A stretch of 64,000 nt of DNA from Octopus vulgaris (Eukaryota), in assembly GCA_951406725.2 (NCBI GenBank), contig OX597826.1, positions 11,408,001 through 11,472,000 of the forward strand, in the 5' to 3' direction. Under the pieces are notes generated by a model that made no database searches, was not told the DNA's origin, and saw only the letters and a list, made by a program, of their open reading frames with translations. The translations under genes and the position numbers were made by a program. Below are positions 37,862 to 51,030 of the stretch, piece after piece (positions within the stretch are counted from its first letter, which is position 1; each line of letters starts with the position of its first letter).

Positions 37862-40716
37862 GTATATAATGAACTTGCTGTATATAATGAACTTGCTGTA
37901 TATAATGAACTTGCTGTATATAATGAACTAGCTGTATATAATGAACAAGCTGTATATAATGAACTTGCTGTATATAATGAACTTGCTGTATATAATGAAC
38001 TTGCTGTATATAATGAACTAGCTGTATATAATGAACTAGCTGTATATGATGAACTAGCTGTATATAATGAACTAGCAGTATATAATGAACTAGCTGTATA
38101 TAATGAACTAGCTGTATATAATGAACTTGCTGTATATAATGAACTTGCTGTATATAATGAACTTGCTGTATATAATGAACTTGCTGTATATAATGAACTT
38201 GCTGTATATAATGAACTTGCTGTATATAATGAACTCGCTGTATATAATGAACTTGCTGTATATAATGAACTTGCTGTATATAATGAACTAGCTGTATATA
38301 ATGAACTTGCTGTATATAATGAACTAGCTGTATATAATGAACTTGCTGTATATAATGAACTTGCTGTATATAATGAACTTGCTGTATATAATGAACTTGC
38401 TGTATATAATGAACTTGCTGTATATAATGAACTAGCTGTATATAATGAACTTGCTGTATATAATGAACTAGCTGTATATAATGAACTTGCTGTATATAAT
38501 GAACTTGCTGTATATAATGAACTAGCTGTATATAATGAACTCGCTGTATATAATGAACTTGCTGTATATAATGAACTAGCTGTATATAATGAACTTGCTG
38601 TATATAAAGAACTAGCTGTATATAATGAACTAGCTGTATATAATGAACTTGCTGTATATAATGAACTTGCTGTATATAATGAACTTGCTGTATATAATGA
38701 ACTTGCTGTATATAATGAAGTAGCTGTATATAATGAACTTGCTGTATATAATGAACTAGCTGTATATAATGAACTTAGCTGTATATAATGAACTTGCTGT
38801 ATATAATGAACTTGCTGTATATAATGAACTTGCTGTATATAATGAACTTGCTGTATATAATGAACTTGCTGTATATAATGAACTTGCTGTATATAATGAA
38901 CTAGCTGTATATAATGAACTTGCTGTATATAATGAACTTGCTGTATATAATGAACTTGCTGTATATAATGAACTTGCTGTATATAATGAACTTGCTGTAT
39001 ACAATGAACTTGCTGTATATAATGAACTTGCTGTATATAATGAACTAGCTGTATACAATGAACTTGCTGTATATAATGAACTAGCTGTATATAATGAACT
39101 TGCTCTATATAATGAACTAGCTGTATATAATGAACTAGCTGTATATAATGAACTTGCTGTATATAATGAACTTGCTGTATATAATGAACTAGCTGTATAT
39201 AATGAACTAGCTGTATATAATGAACTTGCTGTATATAATGAACTAGCTGTATATAATGAACTTGCTGTATATAATGAACTAGCTGTATATAATGAACTTG
39301 CTGTATATAATGAACTAGCTGTATATAATGAACTAGCTGTATATAATGAACTTGCTGTATATAATGAACTTGCTGTATATAATGAACTAGCTGTATATAA
39401 TGAACTTGCTGTATATAATGAACTAGCTGTATATAATGAACTAGCTGTATATAATGAACTTGCTGTATATAATGAACTTGCTGTATATAATGAACTAGCT
39501 GTATATAATGAACTTGCTGTATATAATGAACTAGCTGTATATAATGAACTTGCTGTATATAATGAACTAGCTGTATATAATGAACTAGCTGTATATAATG
39601 AACTTGCTGTATATAATGAACTAGCTGTATATAATGAACTTGCTGTATATAATGAACTTGCTGTATATAATGAACTAGCTGTATATAATGAACTTGCTGT
39701 ATATAATGAACTAGCTGTATATAATGAACTAGCTGTATATAATGAACTAGCTGTATATAATGAACTTGCTGTATATAATGAACTAGCTGTATATAATGAA
39801 CTAGCTGTATATAATGAACTAGCTGTATATAATGAACTAGCTGTATATAATGAACTTGCTGTATATAATGAACTTGCTGTATATAATGAACTAGCTGTAT
39901 ATAATGAACTAGCTGTATATAATGAACTTGCTGTATATAATGAACTAGCTGTATATAATGAACTTGCTGTATATAATGAACTTGCTGTATATAATGAACT
40001 TGCTGTATATAATGAACTAGCTGTATATAATGAACTTGCTGTATATAATGAACTAGCTGTATATAATGAACTAGCTGTATATAATGAACTAGCTGTATAT
40101 AATGAACTAGCTGTATATAATGAACTTGCTGTATATAATGAACTTGCTGTATATAATGAACTTGCTGTATATAATGAACTAGCTGTATATAATGAACTTG
40201 CTGTATATAATGAACTAGCTGTATATAATGAACTAGCTGTATATAATGAACTAGCTGTATATAATGAACTTGCTGTATATAATGAACTAGCTGTATATAA
40301 TGAACTTGCTGTATATAATGAACTAGCTGTATATAATGAACTAGCTGTATATAATGAACTTGCTGTATATAATGAACTAGCTGTATATAATGAACTAGCT
40401 GTATATAATGAACTTGCTGTATATAATGAACTTGCTGTATATAATGAACTAGCTGTATATAATGAACTAGCTGTATATAATGAACTAGCTGTATATAATG
40501 AACTAGCTGTATATAATGAACTAGCTGTATATAATGAACTAGCTGTATATAATGAACTAGCTGTATATAATGAACTAGCTGTATATAATGAACTTGCTGT
40601 ATATAATGAACTAGCTGTATATAATGAACTAGCTGTATATAATGAACTAGCTGTATATAATGAACTTGCTGTATATAATGAACTTGCTGTATATAATGAA
40701 CTTGCTGTATACAATG
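37862..40716. repeat. 18-bp minisatellite GTATATAATGAACTWGCT, about 158 units
   Basis: 2855 bp / 18; two main variants (CTT/CTA); 1-bp insertion near 38775. Confidence 0.98.
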
Positions 40717-41170
40717 TTCAGGTCCACTTTGTTCCCCAACCCCCAAAAATAGAAACAGGGATGAGAGCAACAGGTGTGACTTTGGCGAATTTCGGGAAGC
40801 TTGAAAGTTTTGAAGGAAGTGGTGTCTCGACAGCTAACAACTGATGCAGGTAGTTTATTCCATGCTTCAGCAATTTTGATCGTGAAAAAATGTTTCCCAA
40901 AGTCATGGGTGCTGTATTTGTTTTATGATTTTTTTTGTAAGCATGTGCACGAGTGTTTGACATGTGAAATTCAAAAAGGTGCCCGGAGTTGTTTTTGGAA
41001 AGATGTTGGATAATCTTGTGGGTGTGTGCCAAGTCAGTTGCCAGAGCTTTGCATGTCCATGCCCAGAGAAGGAAGACCTTCTGGGCTTAGTAGATGCCTG
41101 ACGGCAGTATTTGTTTGGCTGTACGTTTCTGAACAGTCTCCAGGAGATTGATATGCCAAGCAAAACACAG
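40717..41170 (-). mobile_element. CR1 LINE 3' fragment
   Basis: Minus strand HINLLETVQKRTAK..NTRAHAYK..KHFFTIKIAEAWNKLPASVVSCRDTTSFK (CR1 ORF2 C-terminus), short 3' UTR running into the 18-bp array. Confidence 0.85.
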
Positions 41171-41264
41171 GAAAAGCAACAAGAAGAAAAACAAAATACT
41201 TGTTAAAAAACAGCCATCTACGATAATTTTTGTGAGAATCTTTCCAATTTCTCCTCTCTCTCTC

Positions 41265-41298
<34 letters not shown>

Positions 41299-41555
41299 AT
41301 ATCAATCAGCACTACTTCCTAGAAAAGAGATGATAGCCTAACATGACACGCAGACTGACGCAGCTCGAAGCCGCTTAGGAGTAAAGCAAACTTCACAATC
41401 CCATAGCCAAGCTTTCGTCTACACACATACACACGCGCGCAAGTACGTATGCGCGCGCACACACTGACATACACACAGATATCTCTCTCTCTTTCTCTCT
41501 CTCTATCTGTCTGTCTGTCTGTCTGTCTGCCTATCTATCTATCTATCTATCTATA

Positions 41556-41597
<42 letters not shown>

Positions 41598-41611
41598 CCT
41601 ATCTATCTGTC

Positions 41612-41872
41612 TCGCTTGATCACGAGACCGGTAAGACTATAAGACGTTGTTACACATTACTGATCTCAATGCGCTTTGCATCGTCTTCCAATGACGCCAC
41701 GCCGGTGGTTGGTCAAGCTGGACAACATTCCTTCCTGAGCGAAGGAGGACTGGGGCAGCGTGAAATGAAGTGTTTCGCTCAAGAACACAATGCCTCACTC
41801 GGTCTGAGGAGAGAAGCCACGATCTACCGATCGTGAGTTCAACAACCTGACCACTAGGCAATGCGCCTTCAC
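41612..41872 (-). mobile_element. SINE family C head with RTE-derived tail 4
   Basis: tRNA-like head, TGTGTTCTTGAGCGAAACAC motif; tail similar to 47400-47460 and 61580-61700. Confidence 0.75.
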
Positions 41873-42079
41873 TTACACACACATTCGCGCACGCACATAC
41901 ATACACACGCAGATATCTGTATGTAAGTATGTATGTATATTGTTTCGTATGTATGTATATTGATTCGGTTCCATGCAAATGAAAGTTTCCTAGGCTTGCA
42001 AATGAAGCTGACTCATCAAGCACAAAGAACTGAATGAAGTAATATAAGCACTTCAAAACCACAACGTTAAGATTAGCTA

Positions 42080-42560
42080 CTCTTGCTTAGACAACATCAC
42101 TTCCAACGTTGCACGCTGCAATAAACGCAAGCGTACACCCACACAAGCCCAACGAACACCTTAACATATACTCCAACATACGCCTCCACTTGTAGCTTTA
42201 ATAATTCTGACAGCTACCCTCTGGGAGGATCCTGCTTCTCAAGGGCTCTGGTCTACAAAGCCACTCTAACTCCGTCCAATGGAATTGCATGAACTTATAA
42301 GGGCATAACAACCAATAAGCTCAAGGAAATGTTTGCACAACATATGCCTTCATTCAGATGAAGAGATAGAGAAAGCTCCACCTCCCTGTTCCAAACTTCT
42401 TGACCGTCTAAATAACTCTCCCATCATTGAGTGGAGTAACGCTGAAAGGGCCTCAAGATTATATATTCTCTACCAACCTGCAGTATCTGTCAGCTGGGAG
42501 AAAGAATAAGCTAATTGCTCCTATCTGAAGTATGCCTTACTAGTGAACTTCAAGCAACTA
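42080..42560 (+). mobile_element. Decayed Penelope-like (Neptune-type) GIY-YIG endonuclease fragment
   Basis: CSFNNSDSYPLGGSCFSRALVYKATL..TYKGITTNKLKEMFAQHMPSFR..STSL..CSICQL resembles the CxC..CPLxGxC..VVYxA..YIG.T..FK.R..H..SF..T.LS..CxLC pattern. Confidence 0.7.
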
Positions 42561-42739
42561 GTTACTGATAATGCAGTATCTCATACTCAACCACTTGCTG
42601 ACCGTATAGGCCACAGATTTATCCATGCATGCAGCCTCAGAAACTCTGCGCCTGGGAATCCGATAGACGGCAACGCTTCGGTAGATATGGTGCTTTTACA
42701 CCTTTTACCACAAGAGAGAATTTTTTATAAGGCAACTGC

Positions 42740-42824
<85 letters not shown>

Positions 42825-42911
42825 GAGAATTCACAAAAAAACAGAAGACGAAGACAGGTGGTGCAGACAACAAACAGATGTATCAGTATAACGCTCAAGA
42901 AGTGAAAAATT

Positions 42912-42947
42912 CTTTAACGTTTCGAGCCTACGCTCTTCCACAGAAAG
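42912..42947 (-). ncRNA. Minimal hammerhead motif (A6U variant) in TA-flanked element 42821-43011
   Basis: Minus strand CTTT-CTGTGGA-A-GAGC gtag GCTC-GAAAC-GTT-AAAG; long (TA)n on both sides. Confidence 0.65.
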
Positions 42948-43009
42948 GAACACAGAAAGAAACAAGGAGAGAAAAAAAAATTGTGTAGTGGCTACTGATC
43001 TATCATGGC

Positions 43010-43090
<81 letters not shown>

Positions 43091-43094
<4 letters not shown>

Positions 43095-43302
43095 AGAAGT
43101 CACTGAAAAGCTCCTGGCTTTAGTTGGAAGAAAATACAGGAGAATCAGTTAATTATGATTTTATTCAACATGTATTCACAGATTAACACACTTATTGCAG
43201 CAGCCCTTCAGTTTTCCAGTTTTCCTGTAAAAGAGCACAGAATATGTTGGGCCTCCAACCGGGCCTTTCGTGATACCCCTGAAACCATTAACTTTTCTGC
43301 AG

Positions 43303-43311
<9 letters not shown>
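43091..43311. mobile_element. Mariner-derived MITE
   Basis: Ends TACAAGAAGTCACTGAAAAGCTCCTGGCTTTA / AAACCATTAACTTTTCTGCAGCCCCTCGT; same family inverted at 59512-59730. Confidence 0.7.
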
Positions 43312-43373
<62 letters not shown>

Positions 43374-44501
43374 TGTGTCTGTGTCTGTGTGTTTGTCTGT
43401 GTGTCTGTGTGTGATGCGTATGTACCTTATAGATTTGAAAATTGAGTTGTCGATTTTGATGTATGACGTATCAAAAGATTCAGTAATCTTTCGGCTACGA
43501 AATGAAGTATGTATTTTGCACAAAAACTCTTTTTTACTACAAAAATAACCTCAAAAACGAGGTCGGGTCACATAATTTGGAGATCATTTTCGGGCAATAT
43601 TTGGATTTGCTTTTACCAAAGTTGCTACTTTTAATGTTTTCGATGTCAAAATAATGCAGCAATGTACAAAGAGTGTTATGAGTGCATTTCTGATACACAA
43701 AATCCTATTTGTCAACGGAAAATGACCAAAAAGCATGCTTTTTTTAAAACAATTATTGGCACATTTTCCGTCAATAATGGCCTTTGTGTCACAGCTAAAC
43801 CGCAAAAGTGAACGTCTTCAGTATTCCATGATTAAACAATGTCTTTGAAGTATTGTGATACCATTTCTTTGCACAAAGCCCTATTTCAACAGAAAATTGA
43901 CTAACGAACCGTGTCCTGACATAATTGTGATCACTACTGTCATTACTAACGAAAACAATTTATCCATGTAGAGTTTCTTGATAGCAAACGACTCAGGAAT
44001 GCCAAACGAGCGTTCTCAAGTTTAAACTCAATAAAATTTCCCCGAGGATTAAGCACAGTAAGAGCCTCTATTTGTTCAAGTGTGGTAAAGACGTGAAGCA
44101 ATGTCTAAAATCTTTCGAGTTTTTTTTTGCTTTTAACATTTTTCTCTTTATTCAAAACAATTTATGCAAAGTTACTTATCGTTATTTGTATATGTTCATG
44201 CCTATTATTCATTCCATAAGCCACAAAGTTCGTAAGGTTTTGCTACAGTCTCCCTACAGTTTCACAATGGTTAAGCAGCTACTATAATGCGGGTGGTGTG
44301 ATGGAAAACAAATGTCTGACCTGAAAACCTCAGTGAAGACAACAACAACACCGAACAGTTATGCGAGGGCAAATTAAGGTCACATACATACATGAATATA
44401 TATATATATATATATATAAGTCTGTATATATATACATACATATACATATATATGTATATATAAGTCTGTATATGTATACATATATATATATAAATATACA
44501 T

Positions 44502-44533
<32 letters not shown>

Positions 44534-44563
44534 CATACATATAGATATATATGTATATATAAG

Positions 44564-44610
<47 letters not shown>

Positions 44611-44649
44611 ATATACATTATATATATGTATATATATATATACATTCAT

Positions 44650-44680
<31 letters not shown>

Positions 44681-44692
44681 CACATATATATA

Positions 44693-45850
44693 TAGGGTAG
44701 CTCAAAAGTCACTGAGGAGTTGCAATCTTTGATAATTCTTTTATATTTTTAACAGTTTTCTTTTATTTTCAGGGATTTTATGGACTAGATCCTGGGAATT
44801 AATTATGGTAAAACATGGCACCGCACAAGGTACCCAAGTGGTGAAATTGTTCTATCAAAATCAGGAGACCATTATTCAAACCCAGAGAGTACCAAAGATA
44901 ATTGCATGCTATAAAGTATACAGTATGGTGTGCAATTGCGGCAGATGAGATAATCTGGCCTTAGTTCTTTGTGGACAATGATAGGAATGCTGTTACTGTG
45001 AGCGGTACAGGCTATGATCGAGAACCTTTTGCGCCCGGCCATTCAGAATAGACCCAATATGTGGTTCCAGCAAGATGGAGCAAATGCTCATACTACTAGA
45101 GAAATAATACAGTTGTTGAGGCAATGTTTTTGGAGAAAGAATCATTTCTTGCTACTGTGACGTCAACTAGCCATCGCGTTCCCCAGACTTGCCCAGCCTG
45201 ACTTCTTCTTGTTGGGGTACCTCAAAGATAAGGCTTATGTAAACAAACCAGAAACCCTGGAGCAACTGAAGGAGAATACCTATTTCTTTACTACCCACAA
45301 GGGGCTAAACACAGAGAGGACAAACAAGGACAGACACACGGATTAAGTCGATTATATCGATCCCAGTGCGTAACTGGTACTTAATTTATCGACCCCGAAA
45401 GGATGAAAGGCAAAGTCGACCTCGGCGGAATTTGAACTCACAACTTAACGGCAGACGAAATACAGCTACGCATTTCGCCCGGCGTGCTAACGTTTCTGCC
45501 AGCTCGCCGCCTTTGCCAGCTCGCCGCCTTTGCCAGCTCGCCGCTTTTGCCAGCTCGCCGCCTTTGCCAGCTCGCCGCCTTTGCCAGCTCGCCGCCTTTG
45601 CCAGCTCGCCGCCTTTGCCAGCTCGCCGCCTTTGCCAGCTCGCCGCCTTTGCCAGCTCGCCGCCTTTGCCAGCTCGCCGCCTTTGCCAGCTCGCCGCTTT
45701 TGCCAGCTCGCCGCCTTTGCCAGCTCGCCGCCTTTGCCAGCTCGCCGCCTTTGCCAGCTCGCCGCCTTTGCCAGCTCGCCGCCTTGAAGGAGAATACCAC
45801 TTGAGAAATCAGAGTATATATCTGACACCGAATGAAACGCCACAAAATAA
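44693..45850 (+). mobile_element. Decayed Tc1/mariner DD41D (rosa-type) transposon interrupted by SINE-A
   Basis: TA-GGGTAGCTCAAAAGTC start; MWFQQDGANAHT..GERIIS..PSRSPDL..DFFLLGYLKDKAYVNKPETLEQLKEN; about 41 residues between the last two catalytic Asp after frameshift correction. Confidence 0.8.
45281..45785 (-). mobile_element. SINE family A with 17 tandem copies of its 17-bp 5' end
   Basis: (TGCCAGCTCGCCGCCTT)17 at 45497-45785; TSD TGAAGGAGAATACC at 45267-45280 and 45785-45798. Confidence 0.92.
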
Positions 45851-45959
45851 CGGGACAGAAATGCACCTATTTGCGATCTGGCAGAGATTCTTCACAGCTA
45901 TTCTCAACAGATGGTACGCAACATTATCAATAACAGTAGTGTACCAAAAATTCTGTTTG

Positions 45960-47456
45960 CTCTTTGTCCACTCAAACGTACTTCTCTCCTCCCTGAGATG
46001 TTACGGAACCGAGAATGTATAGGAGAACGTCTATCTTGGGTTCACATTGAAAATGTGCCAAGAAATGGATGCTGAAATTTTAAAGAGAATAAACGCAGGA
46101 CAGAAGGCGTTTACCGCGATAAAGGATTGTTCAATAGCAGTGGCCTACCTGTGCTCTTATATGCAAGTGGAACGTGGGCTAGTACGATGAGGGAAGAACA
46201 TCAACTGGCTACGACGCAAAGAGCCATGAAAAGAACTATGGGATACTCAAAAGAAACTAGAATTTTGCAATATTATTTTCTTCACTTAGGTTTACATGTT
46301 TACACTTTTATCGTCTTCAAAGAATTCTCCATTTGAATCAATGCCTCGGTCCAGACGCGTTTCGCACTGTTCGAAGCAGTGCTGAAACTCTTGCGAAGTG
46401 ATGTCTTTTAACGCCCCTCGTCGTTTTTTTCTTCACCTCTTCCACATCTGCAAATTCCGTAGAACCAGCTTCCGTCACCAGTGATGACCTTCGAAAAAAG
46501 GCCCGGATTAACATTCAACTGTTCTTTCAGTTATCGACACGCATTCAGCCGTGACTGCTTTTGATCTTCCGTGAGCAAGCGAGGAACAAATTTTGCTACA
46601 ACTCTTTTCATTCGCAAATCCTCGCTCAAAATTCGTTAGCAAGATCTGTCAAATCAACAAGTTTGTCAAATGTTCGGTGTCGGTCCCCCGAGATCACTTC
46701 ATGAATTTTCATGAAATTTTTTTCGTTCGGGAGGTCGACGGTCGCTCTGAACGAGATTGGTCTTCAAGCGACAAGTAGCCATTCCTAAAGTGTGAAACCA
46801 ATTCGTTTTGCTCATAGCAGCGTCCTTTATAAGCTGTTTGAAGCATGACAACTGTTTTGGCCGCCGTTTTCCCCAACAGAAAATAGAATTTCCCGGAAGT
46901 ACGCTGTTGCTTTATTTCGGCCATCGCAAAAATCAACGAACATGAGAGAAGCACTGCAAAACAGACGCACCACGTGGCAGTATGACCCCACGGGATAACG
47001 CCGATCGGCAGACAGATATCTGAGGGTCGCGTCAAGTAGCTTCCAGCGGCGGAGGCCTGAACTACAACGGGCTTGTCCTGCAGGGAACGTTTCCGGTTAC
47101 TTTTGGTTACCCGCTCGTAGGAATATCATTACAAAACCATATTCAAACAAATAATTCAAGAAGGGAGCAGAATGGATGATCTACTAGCAGAGTACCCAAA
47201 GCACAAGTTCCACTGGACTAAAACACGACGCAATCTTCACAGATATCAAGTGGGCCCGTGCACTTGCCGAGGGGTATCTAGGTTATTATCAAAGTTATCG
47301 GAAGAGAGGAGTTGGAAGGCCTCCACAACAATACGAAAACGGTTTAGTTGAGCAATTTGGGAGAAGATGGAAAAGAATGGCAGAGTCAAGAAAGAATTGG
47401 AAGCGCATTGTGAGCAGCGATGCATAACAGAAACTGATAGTCTGAACGATACTGTG

Positions 47457-47527
<71 letters not shown>
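45960..47527 (+). mobile_element. RTE-clade LINE 3' fragment with (CTAT)n end, interrupted by mariner
   Basis: YLGFTL..EILKRINAG..LPVLLYASGTW..LATTQRAMKR, then GISL..KRGVGRPP..WKRMAESRKNWK. Confidence 0.8.
46237..47119 (-). mobile_element. Internally deleted mariner transposon
   Basis: TIR TACGAGCGGGTAACCAAAAGTAACCGGAA; MAEIKQQRTSGKFYFLLGKTAAKT..LEDQSRSERPSTS; VITGDGSW joined directly to FADVEEVK. Confidence 0.85.
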
Positions 47528-47529
<2 letters not shown>

Positions 47530-47549
47530 GATTGATAGATAAATATCTA

Positions 47550-47601
<52 letters not shown>

Positions 47602-47635
47602 AGAGAGAGAGAGAGAGAGATAGCTAAATAGATAA

Positions 47636-47712
<77 letters not shown>

Positions 47713-47963
47713 GGGTCCTTTATAAGTATACAAGATTTCGCTGCAACAGGCGCCAACCAGCAATTTCTTTCCTAGGTCTGATTTCCCGCCGAGAGCCTCC
47801 TCTTCTTGAAAAATACCGTCTGCATGTATTTGTATGTGTCTCTTGTTATATGTGCGTGCACGCGTGCATGTGGTGTTACATTTCAGGGTATGCATTTTCG
47901 TATTTTTTTGTACGTGGCCTTGTTTCTTTTTTGTTTTTTTAATCTCTATCTTTATTTACACAG

Positions 47964-48041
<78 letters not shown>

Positions 48042-48075
48042 TATATATACACACATATATATATACACAAACAAG

Positions 48076-48118
<43 letters not shown>

Positions 48119-48548
48119 CATATTTGCATAAATATTTATACACAAACACAAACGTGCATATATGTAGTAATATATTATATAGGAAATGTTCAATAATATA
48201 TGTGTGCGCGCAAATACACATAATATACAATATGTAGGCATAGGCTATATACGTATATACATACACACACACATATCTGTGGGAAGGGTTGTGAGGGAAA
48301 TGAGAATGAGAGAGAAATAGGCGAATGGATAATTTGCCGAAAATTGATCTTTGATTAAACGTCATCATATTAGGAAAATAAATAAATAAATAAATAGAGA
48401 GAAAAGGAAAGAGATAAAGAAGAAAAAAAAAAAAAGAGACATCTATTTAATTATTAGAAATTAGAAAGTATTTTCTTTCCTTTCTTCATATAAAACTTAT
48501 TACATTCCCAACTTGAATATTAATAATAACTATTAAGAACTTCCCTCA

Positions 48549-48588
<40 letters not shown>

Positions 48589-48999
48589 ACACACACACAT
48601 GTACACGCACACACAAATAAGAAATAAGAAAGAAAAAAAGAAAAATGAAAAAAGAAAAAACAACCATCGGAAGCAAAACATGTCCTAAATTGAAAACCAT
48701 GTTATTACAACTACTACTACTACTGTTACTATTACTACTACTACTACCACTACCATCAACACTACTATCTCCTCCGCCTGCTACATCGCCTACTCCTTCT
48801 TCTCCTCCCTCTCCTCCTCCTTGATTTTCGCAAATGGTTAATCAACTTTCTTGACGTTATTAATGAAAATGAATTCATTCTTGCACAACTAAATGGCATT
48901 AATATCTCTGCAAAGACCTTGTCACTGTTTCCTCGCTCAACATATTGGCTAGAATCAGTTTTTCCTCTAGCTTTTTCACACATTTTAATTTTGTTGTCG

Positions 49000-49030
<31 letters not shown>

Positions 49031-49524
49031 AATTATTTCATCGGCTGAATTTTTCCCATTTCTCGACTCTCATTCTCCCACCCCCCTCTCACTGCATTTC
49101 TCCCTCTCTCTCATCCTCATTCTCATTTTCTTCCTCTCCAACCATTTCATTTCTTCTCCTTCCCCCCCCCTCTCTCTCTCTGTCTCTCTTTCGTTCTTTT
49201 CTTTTAATTTCTGTTTGCCAATCTTCTCAATCTCTCTCTCTCTCTCTATCTGCTTTGCTCAAAGTGTCTGTCAATCTGTCTGCCTGACTGTCTCTGTGCC
49301 TGTCTGCCTGCCTGCCTGTCTGTCTCACTGTCTGTCTCTATCTTTCTCCCTCACACTTTGTGTTTATCTCTTCTTTTTCTACGTCATTTTTTTTATTTCA
49401 ATCTTTTGGCCTGTCATTCGGAATTGTCGTAGCATAAATTTCGAATACATACATGCAACACACACACACACGCACGCACACACTCACACACACAGACACA
49501 CACACATACACACACAAACATACA

Positions 49525-49720
49525 CACACATACACTAACACATATACACACCATTCATACACATACGCACATACATAGAAACACACACATACACTAACAC
49601 ATATACACACCATTGATATACATACGCACATACATAGAAACACACACATACACTAACACATATACACATCATTGCTATACATACGCATATACATAGAAAC
49701 ACACACATACACTAACACAA
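49525..49720. repeat. ~60-bp CA-rich tandem repeat, about 3 copies
   Basis: CATACACTAACACATATACACA..CATACATAGAAACACACA recurs. Confidence 0.75.
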
Positions 49721-50715
49721 GTTCACTGCAAAAATTCTAAAATTTTTCCTTATTTTTCTTCAATATATTGTTATTGTTGTAGTTATTGTTATTGCTGTTG
49801 TGATTCCATTGATTGTTTCACATGATTATTCTTGTCTTTGTTATCTTCGCCACAAACTTTAGACATCTGCGAACTCCAATCTTCTTCAGGAACGCTATAG
49901 AAATGCATGCTTCCTTATGAAAATAAAAATAATAAAAAACAGAAAGACGGTTAAAGTCATTTCACCATTTCAAGAATGTCGTTTAAAAATGATTGATGTA
50001 ACGTTAGCAAGTGATAATGGATTTCAATACATATTAAAGAAGAGGAAAACAAAAACAACAGTTACAACAAAAAACGTAAAAAAATAATGAAGAGAATTAA
50101 ATATGAAGTAGAAAGGAAACAATATTGCCCCTCACAAAAAAAAAATGCATTAGGAAAAAAATAAATAAGAAAAATACATCGACTAAAGAAGGAAGAACAG
50201 AGCAAAAGAAGGAAAACCAGAGAAAGACATGTCTGCATTCACTTAACCTTCTATCACTAAGGATCATCCTCAATATGAACCTTATAAAAATCTTTCACTT
50301 CATATTGCAAATCCAGAGCATCAACGATACCAGCATCAATACCACCAGCAGCAACACCATCTTGTATTGTTGTCTCTATTATCACCACTAACTCTACTTT
50401 CACTTTCATTTTTAACATCAATAATGATTTTTGTGTTCTCTTTTTACATAGATGCAAGGTCAGAGATTGTAGAGGTAAGAAATATTCAATTATATCGATC
50501 CTACCGCCCATTACTTGGCTGGTACTTTATTTTATCGTTCCTCAGAGGAATAAAAAGTATTGTTAACGTCGTTAGGATTTGAACTTAGAACATAATGATC
50601 CGCAGCAAATGTTGCAAGTACTAATGATTCTACTAATCTGACATTCTAAAAATTCTGGCAATTGACCAAGTTACATCAACTCCAATAATAAATTATTATC
50701 AGCTGTATCAACGAA

Positions 50716-50880
50716 GTATGGTTTAGGGGTTATGGTGTTGGACTCATGATCGTGATATTGTGGTTTCGAATCCTGGGCCGGACGACACGTTGTGTTCTTG
50801 AGCAAGACACTTAATTTCACATTAATCCAGGCTGTTCAGGTGGTAAAAATGAGTAATTCCGTGACGGACCGGCGTCCAGA
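50716..50880 (+). mobile_element. SINE family C fragment
   Basis: tRNA-like head and TGTGTTCTTGAGCAAGACAC motif. Confidence 0.7.
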
Positions 50881-50937
50881 GAAATGCGAACTATAGTAAT
50901 GAATGTCACAAAAGGCCAAAAATAATAACACCAACAA

Positions 50938-51030
<93 letters not shown>

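Noticed and set aside
37714-40844. Very long ORFs (1018, 691, 652, 323 aa; YNELAV, QLVHYI, SSLYTA repeats)
   Set aside because: An 18-bp unit lacking stops in several frames gives ORFs on both strands; there is a frameshift mid-array and the array abuts a CR1 3' end.
45366-46022. Repeat protein ORFs (ASSPPLPARRLCQLAAF)
   Set aside because: Translation of the 17-bp SINE-head array.
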